From Candidatus Peregrinibacteria bacterium RIFCSPLOWO2_01_FULL_39_12 (lineage in GTDB: Bacteria; Patescibacteriota; Gracilibacteria; UBA1369; LOWO2-01-FULL-3), in contig MFXA01000026.1 in assembly GCA_001787455.1 (NCBI GenBank), positions 1-26,451 of the forward strand: a stretch of DNA of 26,451 nt. The letters run 5' to 3'. The position numbers and the translations under genes were made by a program. Below, one piece after another: positions 1-7,887 of this stretch. Under the pieces are notes generated by a model. The model worked only from the letters and a program-made list of their open reading frames with translations. It did not search any database and was not told where the DNA came from. Every line of letters begins with the position of its first letter. Position 1 is the first letter of the stretch.

Positions 1-98
1 TCCTTCATTGATATCGCCTCCTCTCTACAAAGATCTTCACACCCACCACAACCTGTACAACTCTCCTCATCTATTACCGGTACAACTTTTTCTGGCAT
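1..98 (-). CDS. 4Fe-4S binding (ferredoxin-like) protein, 3' end truncated by the window edge; not in the ORF track
   Basis: Manual translation from ATG at 98: MPEKVVPVIDEESCTGCGGCEDLCREEAISMK, which contains the CxxCxxCxxxC motif of bacterial 4Fe-4S ferredoxins. Confidence 0.8.
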   Translation of the reverse strand, partial: MPEKVVPVIDEESCTGCGGCEDLCREEAISMK

Positions 99-200
99 AT
101 TATTAAATATTAAAAAATTTTAAAAGGACGCTATTATCATCCAATTTATCGCATAAAATCAAGGTAAAAATGGCTAAGCCGACAAAGCAACATACAATCC

Positions 201-1847
201 TCAGAAGTTCTTCAAATAACACTTTTCACAATACACTATCTCCTTCCTGCTCAAATCATAACTCGATAGCACAGCCTCTCCGCATTTCATACAATTTCTT
301 TTCCAGATTTCTCTTGGATTCCGCATTTCGGAACGTTTTTTCATCCTGCAATTCAAACATTTAGCCGGAACGGGAATAAAATTCCGCCTGTAAAAATCAA
401 GCTCCTGATGCAAAATTTTAAAATTTCCGCCGCATCCCCTACATCCTAAAACAACATCCAAAATATCATCTTTGACATCTCTAATATCGTCAGGGACATC
501 ATAAGTCTGCAAAACAGAACTACGCTCCACATCATCAGCCCAGTTAAACCCCTTTGCCAAAGCCTCTTCTTTAGCTAAAGGAAAATACAAATTTGCAGTT
601 GATTCATTATATCCAAAACAAGACACCTTTGCCGGAAAAAATTGCCCCCATTCACCAGTTTTCTTCATATGCTCGATAATCCGACCAACCATCTCTTTAT
701 ATTCGTTTTCCTTATATTGTTTATTTAAGATGCAATACTCCTTATGCCCAAGTGCCACACATCCGAAAAGATCATGGGAATTTATACAAGTTTCACAATA
801 TCTAAAACCATACGCCTCAACAGAATAAACCGTTGAAAACAAGACATCCCGACCATTGAAAACACTTATAGCATTAAAACAAAGCTCGCTCCCCATACCA
901 AGCAAATCACACTGAAAACAATCTTTGGCTTTTGAAGCGTAAATCACATCCCTCAAATCCTCACTGTCCGTAACATCAAAACACTTGGTGCAATTTTTGC
1001 TGTTTTTAATATAATCCCCCACGCAATCCTGACATCCGACATTATGGGCATACTTAACAATTCTATTTTCACGCATCTCCAAAAACCGCCTGAAAATCAT
1101 ATCAAAATCACTATGTTTGCCGGTAATCATCTGCGTTTTTTTTCTAAAATACTCATTTTTTTCATACTTTTTGTTTTCAATACAAAAAGACTGATTTCTT
1201 AAATTGAAGCACAAAATACATTCGGTACACCCAATCAAATCCTCGGAGAAATAACACTGCGAACAATTATTCGAATTCCACGAAAACTGACAGCCGTACG
1301 AATCGACAACATCCGAACAAAAATAAATAAGCTCATTTCTGTAAGAAAAATCCAAATCCAAACAACTTTTATTCTGATCGCACAAAACTCCATACATAGA
1401 ATCCTCATTCATGTCACCGCCAAAAATCATATAAGAATTTTTATTCCCGTAAGACATATTGCAGTACTCGCTGTTAAAAGCGTTCATATTATGGATAGCA
1501 AGCCGAGGCACACTAAGTTTAAGCTCGTAAAACTGCTCAAAAAACGGCCGATTAAAATCAAAATCTTTTCCATAAGAAACTGCATCCCATTTATCGCTGT
1601 AATAATAATCAGATTTATAAACTTTATATGGAGATTTGGGATGATATAAAGACACCACTATCTCGCCGGTTGGATCACACTTTCTGCGATAAAAAACTCT
1701 GTCATTTCTAAAAGCGAGCCTCTGCATGTGCATGCATCTTGAACAAATATCAAAAGGCTCAAATCCGAACTTATGGAAGTTTTTTATATCCGCATCTTCC
1801 CAAACAAAAGAATTTGAACAAGTTTTACAAACTTTATTTAACGGCAT
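201..1847 (-). CDS. Cys-rich CPR-type hypothetical protein with N- and C-terminal CxxC Zn-ribbon-like pairs and a central repetitive region (paralog 1)
   Basis: 548-aa ORF with CKTC, CSRC...RRKC and C-terminal CRGC, CLNC, CMKC, CEKC. It shares motifs with 4245..6005 (FGxDFDFNxxFFEQ, YCILNKQY, WGxFFP). Confidence 0.85.
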   Translation of the reverse strand: MPLNKVCKTCSNSFVWEDADIKNFHKFGFEPFDICSRCMHMQRLAFRNDRVFYRRKCDPTGEIVVSLYHPKSPYKVYKSDYYYSDKWDAVSYGKDFDFNRPFFEQFYELKLSVPRLAIHNMNAFNSEYCNMSYGNKNSYMIFGGDMNEDSMYGVLCDQNKSCLDLDFSYRNELIYFCSDVVDSYGCQFSWNSNNCSQCYFSEDLIGCTECILCFNLRNQSFCIENKKYEKNEYFRKKTQMITGKHSDFDMIFRRFLEMRENRIVKYAHNVGCQDCVGDYIKNSKNCTKCFDVTDSEDLRDVIYASKAKDCFQCDLLGMGSELCFNAISVFNGRDVLFSTVYSVEAYGFRYCETCINSHDLFGCVALGHKEYCILNKQYKENEYKEMVGRIIEHMKKTGEWGQFFPAKVSCFGYNESTANLYFPLAKEEALAKGFNWADDVERSSVLQTYDVPDDIRDVKDDILDVVLGCRGCGGNFKILHQELDFYRRNFIPVPAKCLNCRMKKRSEMRNPREIWKRNCMKCGEAVLSSYDLSRKEIVYCEKCYLKNF

Positions 1848-1854
1848 ATGTACC

Positions 1855-2760
1855 TTAATTTAACCCCAAATACCACAATCCGACAAGCACAAAAACTAAA
1901 GCGCAAGCCTTGGATAGAAGCCCAAACGCATCAACAGGCTCACGCGGAATCGCCGAAAAAATTCTGGAAAAAACATGCCCGAAAATAAATACAAACAAAG
2001 GCTGTATTCCTATAATCACAGAAGAAAGAGAAACACTCCCAAGCGTTAAAGCATAAGCGAAAGAGACTGAACCGCCCACACCAATAAAAAAACTTAAACT
2101 CATAAGAAACCAGCCAATGCGCGGAACACCCTTCAAATGAGAAAAAACTTTTTTAGATTGAGATGGGAACAAAAACAATAAAAATGCGGGAAGGCTTCCG
2201 CCGGCTAAATAAACAATCATGGCTTCCCAAAAAGAATGGAAATTTGGCGAAATATATTTAAACACAACATCGGAAACCGACCATCCGACAACCGACAAAA
2301 AAATCAAAAAAAATGCTACACTCACCTTCCATTTGGTTTCAATTTTTTTCACTGCGGCAAATAGACTTCCGATAAAAATAAGGACAAAAGCTATAAGTTG
2401 ATTCATCCCCAGCCGCTCGCCAAAAAAAACTGCGGCGATAATGAAAGTTACAATCGGAAGCGTTTGCATAAACAAAACAACCCTGCTTGTCTCCTCGGAG
2501 TTAAGAGCTTTGTAATAAAAATAAAAAGGGACAGTCCAAAAAATACCGGCAAAAAATATCAACCAAAAAGAAGAATTAATTTCGAATTGATATCCGAATA
2601 TAAATATTAAAACAATAACGGGGATAAGCCTGATCGCACAAAAAAACCACGTAAGAGCAGAATCACTGCCGACATAATTTCTTCTGACGCCGGTATCTAT
2701 GACATTCGAACAAGCCCATAAAATTGGCGCAAGTATCGTAAAAAATATCCACTCAGACAT
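1855..2760 (-). CDS. DMT/EamA family transporter
   Basis: 301 aa with about 10 hydrophobic segments in two repeats; YYKAL...E.S.V and FFGERL motifs are typical of EamA. Confidence 0.8.
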   Translation of the reverse strand: MSEWIFFTILAPILWACSNVIDTGVRRNYVGSDSALTWFFCAIRLIPVIVLIFIFGYQFEINSSFWLIFFAGIFWTVPFYFYYKALNSEETSRVVLFMQTLPIVTFIIAAVFFGERLGMNQLIAFVLIFIGSLFAAVKKIETKWKVSVAFFLIFLSVVGWSVSDVVFKYISPNFHSFWEAMIVYLAGGSLPAFLLFLFPSQSKKVFSHLKGVPRIGWFLMSLSFFIGVGGSVSFAYALTLGSVSLSSVIIGIQPLFVFIFGHVFSRIFSAIPREPVDAFGLLSKACALVFVLVGLWYLGLN

Positions 2761-2828
2761 GAGGCGAAATTAACACAAACCTTGTCGCCGCACAAGATTT
2801 GCCACACTAGATTGGGGGCATCCCTCCT

Positions 2829-3092
2829 CTATTTTTTCACTATCCAACCCCAAAGCAAGGTCAAAACATATCCAACCACATACCCTCCTACAAATGCCAT
2901 AACGACAAGCTCTAGTCCCGTAAGCCAATTAAACGCAGTAATTGTGTACCCTGTATCTTGCATGAAATGCATGGAAAGAAGCCAAGTCACTAACTTCTGT
3001 GCAACACCAGCCCCAACAAGCACAACCCAAACAAGATGACACAAACCGGCAACCACGCCTACGAAAAGCCCGACGTTATTTTTACTAACCAT
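2829..3092 (-). CDS. small membrane protein, hypothetical
   Basis: 87-aa ORF with 2-3 hydrophobic helices and a candidate promoter upstream. Confidence 0.7.
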   Translation of the reverse strand: MVSKNNVGLFVGVVAGLCHLVWVVLVGAGVAQKLVTWLLSMHFMQDTGYTITAFNWLTGLELVVMAFVGGYVVGYVLTLLWGWIVKK

Positions 3093-3120
3093 AGAACAGG
3101 GGTTAAAAATTATTAGACTA

Positions 3121-3148
3121 ATTATAGATCTTTAACGGAAAAATACAA
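3121..3148 (-). promoter_or_regulatory. putative sigma70 promoter for the 87-aa gene
   Basis: Minus strand TTGTAT-N16-TATAAT, about 30 nt upstream of the start. Confidence 0.5.
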
Positions 3149-3159
3149 GGAAGTTCACC

Positions 3160-3723
3160 CTACTTCGTAAATTGCACTGTGGAAAGAATCTTATCGTAAA
3201 CCTTTTCATCTTTAGAACTGTAGCTCCCGGAAGAACCAATCTGCAACCCAAATATATAAAAATAATTCCCCTTTTTCAAATAAGTCAGAATATGATTAAA
3301 CCCGGCAGCATCGGCATATTCAACACGTTTAACAGCAGACACTTTAGCAACCTTAATCTTTTTAGTACTTATAATTTTATCCTTATACTGCCCTCCCATG
3401 GCTTCTGAATTTTCTTTATCTCGAACTTTCATCCATTTAGCCAAAGTTTGTTTTTTGTCAGACGTCTTAATCCTACTTGAACCGAAACCATTTCCATTAG
3501 CAGGCATGAAAGAAACAAAGTCCGGAAAACTGTCATCAACAGTCCAATCGGCGGGATATTTCAAAGTTAAACCCATGGTTAATTTGCTGTCATATAACTT
3601 CCAGCTGGCAAAAGACTTTAAAGTGTCCGTTTGCGCATCTGAAGCAAAGTAACCTCGGGAAAAATAAAAAATACCAGCAATAACTGCAAGGACAATTAAC
3701 AGCAAAATAATGACTTTTTTCAT
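3160..3723 (-). CDS. secreted/membrane-anchored protein, PsbP-like fold possible
   Basis: 187 aa with an N-terminal basic plus hydrophobic signal/anchor; LKYPADW and C-terminal YDKILSTVQF patterns resemble PsbP-like proteins (from recall). Confidence 0.6.
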   Translation of the reverse strand: MKKVIILLLIVLAVIAGIFYFSRGYFASDAQTDTLKSFASWKLYDSKLTMGLTLKYPADWTVDDSFPDFVSFMPANGNGFGSSRIKTSDKKQTLAKWMKVRDKENSEAMGGQYKDKIISTKKIKVAKVSAVKRVEYADAAGFNHILTYLKKGNYFYIFGLQIGSSGSYSSKDEKVYDKILSTVQFTK

Positions 3724-3733
3724 GGATGGATTG

Positions 3734-4153
3734 TTATATTTTAACCCAGTCTTTAAAAGATTTTGGCCAGCCTAATAAAAGAAGAAGAGCAAGCGGAGCA
3801 CCCCAATTTGCCGAACGTTCCACAAAATCCCAAATCGGTTCACCTACAATCGGACGCAAAAGCGCAGTCCAAAAGCCCCAGAATATCATCCAAAGTAGAA
3901 GAATACGGATAGGTTTTAAAAGAACCAAAAATGCAAGAGTGGTATCTATAAGCCCAACAATAAACAAAAGTTTAGTCGCCAGAACAGTGTCGGTAATACC
4001 AAAAATGGAAAACCACCCAATCCAGGTTTCCTTACCTTGCAGTGCAAAAACTCCATGCCCCAAAAACTCACCTGCGACCGAAATTCTTAAAACCCATTCG
4101 ATAAGTTTTGTATTCACGAAGATTATTTTACAAATCTTCACATGCAAATGCAA
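3734..4153 (-). CDS. DoxX-like membrane protein; true start possibly GTG at 4117
   Basis: Hydrophobic protein with LRISVAGEFLGHG and a multi-helix layout resembling DoxX-like families. Confidence 0.55.
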   Translation of the reverse strand: MHLHVKICKIIFVNTKLIEWVLRISVAGEFLGHGVFALQGKETWIGWFSIFGITDTVLATKLLFIVGLIDTTLAFLVLLKPIRILLLWMIFWGFWTALLRPIVGEPIWDFVERSANWGAPLALLLLLGWPKSFKDWVKI

Positions 4154-4244
4154 GAAAATAGCGGCAAATGCGACGACAGATACTATGCAATAGCAGACTT
4201 TAAGGAACCCTTAAAACTCTAATCGTCACATTAGTTTTGCCATG

Positions 4245-6005
4245 TCACCCCACCGCATCCAAATAACATTTCTCGCAGTACACAGGTTCAATCCTTTTTG
4301 GATTATATGTCGTCATAATATCAGCACTGCATTTGCCGCACTTTCTTTTCCAAAGAGCCCAAGGATTTCTTAAAGCCATCCTTTCTTTATGCCTTTGACT
4401 CGGGGATTTTCTCGGGATTGGAAGATTCTTCATCTTCAAAAATTTCAATTCCTGCGGAATAATTTTATATGGTTTCTTTGTTGTCTCACAAACTAAAATT
4501 TGCTTGCAGATATCCTCATCAGCTTCCTTCTCATCATCAGGGATTTTGGATTCCGGTCCACTGTACGTTTTGTCAGTTTCATCATCAAACCACTTCCATC
4601 CTCTCTTCAAAACTTCTTCCTTCTTAAAAGGAAAATACTCATACGCAACACTCTCATTATAAGCATACGCAGACAAATTAATCGGGAAAAATTCACCCCA
4701 TTGTTTATTTTTAAGCTCGGCTTCACTCGAACTGGCATAGCCAGATTCTCGTTCGCCTACGCGCTCGCCCCGTAGGCTCGCAACTTTCCCTCCCATATGT
4801 CGAACTATTCGCGGAACAAGTTCTTCATACTCCTCCTTCGTATATTGCTTATTCAAAATACAATATTTCTTATGCCTAAGCGCAATACAGCCAAACAAGT
4901 TTTGACTATTCAAACACAGTTCCGAGTAATAAATATCACTGTTATTTTCCCAACAGCCGGAACAAAAATGACAATTGACCATGTTATACGCAGAACTTGC
5001 CATTTCATGGCACCTTTCACTGCCGGTCCCACCGACAAAATCCCAATCGTAACAATCTTTCGCTTTCCAGCAATTAATCATGTACTTGCAATCCTCCAGC
5101 CCAAAACCGCTATAACATTGATAAGCGTTTCTGCAATCTTTCAAATAATCCCCTAAAGAATTTTCACAATTCACAATTTCCAGATACTTTCGCGGCTGTT
5201 TCTGCAAAAATTCTTCATATTTTTTCTTAAATTCAACAAAACCGCTGTATGTATTTAATTTAAGCTCCAATTTTTTCTTCAGAAAATTTTCGCGGCCGGC
5301 GCATTGCTCATTAAAAATACAAAATTTCTTATTCCTCAAATTCGCACAGCCCATGCAATCATTGCATCCAATCATGTTATAGCACATATACAAATCTCCA
5401 GAATTTATACATTTATGCGAGAAGTTGCAGTTATTGCATTTTTGGATATCGAAACACCCGTAACAATCAATCGAATCGTAAGTGTAATCACAGTCAAAAC
5501 AACGATAATTTCTGTCCGCAAAACGAAGATAGCAACAATCCTCATCCTCATCAGCTGTAAAAACAAGATAACAATTTTTATCGTTCATCGCCAAGTTACA
5601 ATAATCACTGTTTTCATTGTTAATATTATTCAGATTCATTCTCGGCACCTGTAATTGCAGCTCTTTATACTGCTCAAAAAACGACTTATTAAAATCAAAA
5701 TCCTGCCCGAAATCCACAGGATTCCACGAATCGCTCCACCAAATATGTTGATCATAAATTTTGTAAGGCTTATCCGGAGAATACATGGAAATAATTTGCT
5801 TACCCGAACTGTCGCACTTTCTATGGTACAAATTTATTTCATTGCGGAAAGCAAGCCTTTTTTGATGCCTGCATGCGAAGCACAAAGTGGGAACGGGCAT
5901 CTCAAGCTTTTTACCGCCAATAGCAGGCGAAATCATTTGATAAAACTTTAAATCTTCGGCACCAATCGAAAACTGATTTTTACAATTCTTACAGGTAGAG
6001 TTCAT
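4245..6005 (-). CDS. Cys-rich CPR-type hypothetical protein (paralog 2) carrying an in-frame GC-rich insert
   Basis: 586-aa ORF homologous along its length to 201..1847, with extra segment GGKVASLRGERVGERESGYASSSEAEL. Confidence 0.85.
   Translation of the reverse strand: MNSTCKNCKNQFSIGAEDLKFYQMISPAIGGKKLEMPVPTLCFACRHQKRLAFRNEINLYHRKCDSSGKQIISMYSPDKPYKIYDQHIWWSDSWNPVDFGQDFDFNKSFFEQYKELQLQVPRMNLNNINNENSDYCNLAMNDKNCYLVFTADEDEDCCYLRFADRNYRCFDCDYTYDSIDCYGCFDIQKCNNCNFSHKCINSGDLYMCYNMIGCNDCMGCANLRNKKFCIFNEQCAGRENFLKKKLELKLNTYSGFVEFKKKYEEFLQKQPRKYLEIVNCENSLGDYLKDCRNAYQCYSGFGLEDCKYMINCWKAKDCYDWDFVGGTGSERCHEMASSAYNMVNCHFCSGCWENNSDIYYSELCLNSQNLFGCIALRHKKYCILNKQYTKEEYEELVPRIVRHMGGKVASLRGERVGERESGYASSSEAELKNKQWGEFFPINLSAYAYNESVAYEYFPFKKEEVLKRGWKWFDDETDKTYSGPESKIPDDEKEADEDICKQILVCETTKKPYKIIPQELKFLKMKNLPIPRKSPSQRHKERMALRNPWALWKRKCGKCSADIMTTYNPKRIEPVYCEKCYLDAVG
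4713..4793. repeat. GC-rich palindromic (REP-like) segment inside a CDS
   Basis: Hairpins GCCTACG(4755-61)/CGTAGGC(4771-77) and CTGGC(4732-36)/GCCAG(4740-44). About 63% GC over 4715-4784 by hand count. Absent from paralog 1. Confidence 0.6.
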
Positions 6006-6123
6006 GGAGCTTTTAGGTTTAATAAGGGATAATATAGTACTTCAACGAACATTATAATACCTATTCCATCCTAGGAGGCAACTGGCCGTGGAACTCCATG
6101 TAAGAAACTATTGAACTCTTAAC

Positions 6124-6318
6124 ATGATCCACTACCTCTTTAAAAACGAGATAAACATTTATGACGACAAAGTCGCAATAATCTCCCATGAAGACCAAAT
6201 CGGCGTAATAATTCAAAACAAAAACATAGCGGACACACAGAGATCAATCTTCGAACTCGGCTTTGAATACGCAAAAATACTGGAAAAACAAAAGCTATTC
6301 CCATTCCTCTCCATATAA
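6124..6318 (+). pseudogene. C-terminal remnant resembling CPR TrmB-like transcriptional regulators
   Basis: FKNEINIYDDKVAIISHEDQIGVIIQNKNIADTQRSIFEL resembles the C-terminus of these regulators (from recall). There is no HTH, and an in-frame TGA lies at 6112-6114 upstream. Confidence 0.5.
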
Positions 6319-6349
6319 ATTATAATAAAACTATACTTACAAAGCAAAA

Positions 6350-6634
6350 ATGGCAGAAGATATAGAGAAAATTCTAAAATCTCAAAAAAGCTTCCTTAAG
6401 GAAAAATTTCGGGTCAAAAAAATAGGAATTTTTGGCTCTTTTGCCCGTAATGAGCAGTCGGATGACAGTGATATCGATATCCTTGTCGAATTTTATGAGC
6501 CGATAGGTTGGGATTTTTTCGATTTACAAGAATATTTAAAGAATATTCTAAAAAAAAATGTGGATCTAGTAACAAAAAAAGCCCTTAAGCCCCAAATAAA
6601 AACAACCATACTTAACGAAGTAAAATACGCATGA
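6350..6634 (+). CDS. mntA: minimal nucleotidyltransferase (MNT) antitoxin
   Basis: 94 aa with GSFAR...DSDIDILV (GSx10DxD) and VDLVT motifs; ATGA overlap with the downstream HEPN gene. Confidence 0.85.
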   Translation: MAEDIEKILKSQKSFLKEKFRVKKIGIFGSFARNEQSDDSDIDILVEFYEPIGWDFFDLQEYLKNILKKNVDLVTKKALKPQIKTTILNEVKYA

Positions 6635-6965
6635 TGGAAAGAAATTACAAAATGTATATCGATGATATTTTAGAATCGATCGAAAAAATCAAGAATTATA
6701 TAAGGGCTTAAACTATGAAGAGTTTTCAGCAAAAGAGATGATTGTAGATGCCGTTATAAGAAATCTGGAAATCATCGGAGAAGCGGCAAAAAATATTCCC
6801 AACGAAATATGTGAACAATATACAGAAATACCTTGGAAAAAGATGATTGGGCTACGAAATATAGCCACTCATGCATATTTCGGGATTGACTTAGAAATCA
6901 TCTGGGAAATAATCACAAAAAACCTTCCTGAAACAAAAGGGCAAATTAAAAAAATGCGAAGCTAA
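6631..6965 (+). pseudogene. hepT: HepT/DUF86 HEPN ribonuclease toxin, frameshifted by an apparent 1-nt deletion near 6702-6704
   Basis: ATG 6631 gives MMERNYKMYIDDILESIEKIKNYIRA-stop(6709-6711). The shifted frame continues GLNYEEFSAKEMIVDAVIRNLEIIGEA...RNIATHAYFGID, which has the RNxxxH HEPN motif. Confidence 0.75.
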
Positions 6966-7010
6966 GCGAGTATAATTTTTACGAACAACCTATAATATTT
7001 TGAAAACAAA

Positions 7011-7045
7011 GAAAACTGTACCCGTGTCTACTTTTTGGGGTACAG
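7011..7045 (-). terminator. putative intrinsic terminator downstream of tRNA-Ser
   Basis: 8-bp stem CTGTACCC(7016-23)/GGGTACAG(7038-45), followed on the minus strand by TTTTCTTTGTTTT. Confidence 0.5.
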
Positions 7046-7049
7046 ATCA
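7024..7049. mobile_element. possible orphan IS3-family terminal inverted repeat abutting the tRNA 3' end
   Basis: Minus strand TGATCTGTACCCCAAAAAGTAGACAC starts immediately after the tRNA CCA. It begins with TG and resembles IS3/IS150-group ends as recalled. No transposase is present. Confidence 0.35.
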
Positions 7050-7140
7050 TGGCGGAGAGAGAGGGATTCGAACCCTCGACCCACCAAAGGCAGGTACCGC
7101 TTTTCGAGAGCGGCTCCTTCAACCACTCGGACATCTCTCC
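7050..7140 (-). tRNA. tRNA-Ser(CGA), CCA encoded
   Basis: GGAGAGATGTCCGAGTGGTTGAAGGAG-CCGCT-CT CGA AA-AGCGG, long variable arm, GGTTCGAATCC T-loop, acceptor end TCTCTCCG-CCA. Confidence 0.95.
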
Positions 7141-7154
7141 ATTTACAGGTAAAA

Positions 7155-7182
7155 ATTTTATCATAAAAGCCTGTATGCACAA
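7155..7182 (-). promoter_or_regulatory. putative tRNA promoter
   Basis: TTGTGC-N16-TAAAAT with an extended TG, ending 14 nt upstream of the mature 5' end. Confidence 0.45.
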
Positions 7183-7217
7183 AATAAACATAATTTCTGG
7201 ACTGAAAAGCCGGTTAT

Positions 7218-7880
7218 GTGCTAAAAATCACTCATATGGACATACTCAATAAAATTCTTCCGGAAGCGAAAAAGTTTTTTTTGGATGCCAGAGGCAGCCA
7301 TAATTTTGACCATACTGAAAGAGTGTTGAAACTTTGCCTACACATCGGCAAAAAAGAAAAAGCCGATTTGGAAATATTAAAAATCGCCGCCGCGCTGCAC
7401 GATATCGGACGTAAATTTGAAGATAAATCCAAAGGCAAAATCTGCCACGCTGAAAAAGGAGCCGACATTGCGCGAAAAATCTTAAAAAAATACAACTTTC
7501 CTTCACTCAAAATAGAAAAAGTGGTTCACTGTATAGAAGCACACCGTTTCAGAAACTCTATCACCCCGAAAACTTTGGAAGCAAAAGTGCTTTTTGATTC
7601 CGACAAACTGGATAGTATCGGAGCCATAGGCATTGGACGGGCTTTTTTCTTTGCAAACGAAGTCGGAGCAAATCTGCACGAAAATAAAAGCAAAACGGAA
7701 ATTTTAAAAACAAAACCATACACAAAAGACGACACGGCTTACCGCGAATTTATAGTCAAGTTGCGCCATATAAAAAATAAAATGCTAACACGTGAAGGCA
7801 GACACTTAGCCAAAGAACGACACAAGTTTATGGTGGAATTTTTTGAAAGGCTTGGAGAAGAAGTGGAAGGAGTAAAGTAA
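7218..7880 (+). CDS. HD-domain metal-dependent phosphohydrolase (YedJ-like); start may be ATG 7236
   Basis: H..DH, ALHDIGR, AHRFR and DSDKLDSIGAIGIGRAF motifs. Confidence 0.8.
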   Translation: MLKITHMDILNKILPEAKKFFLDARGSHNFDHTERVLKLCLHIGKKEKADLEILKIAAALHDIGRKFEDKSKGKICHAEKGADIARKILKKYNFPSLKIEKVVHCIEAHRFRNSITPKTLEAKVLFDSDKLDSIGAIGIGRAFFFANEVGANLHENKSKTEILKTKPYTKDDTAYREFIVKLRHIKNKMLTREGRHLAKERHKFMVEFFERLGEEVEGVK

Positions 7881-7887
7881 GCAACGA

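Noticed and set aside
201-6005. Diversity-generating retroelement TR/VR pair between the two Cys-rich paralogs
   Set aside because: Similarity is at protein level only. I saw no near-identical DNA repeat with adenine-specific mismatches and no reverse transcriptase.
6695-6712. Programmed ribosomal frameshift in hepT
   Set aside because: There is no X-XXY-YYZ slippery heptamer or stimulatory hairpin. A simple 1-nt deletion or sequencing error is more parsimonious.
6006-7052. Integrase-mediated genomic island with attL/attR at tRNA-Ser
   Set aside because: No duplicate of the tRNA 3' end was found at the far side, and there is no integrase in the window.
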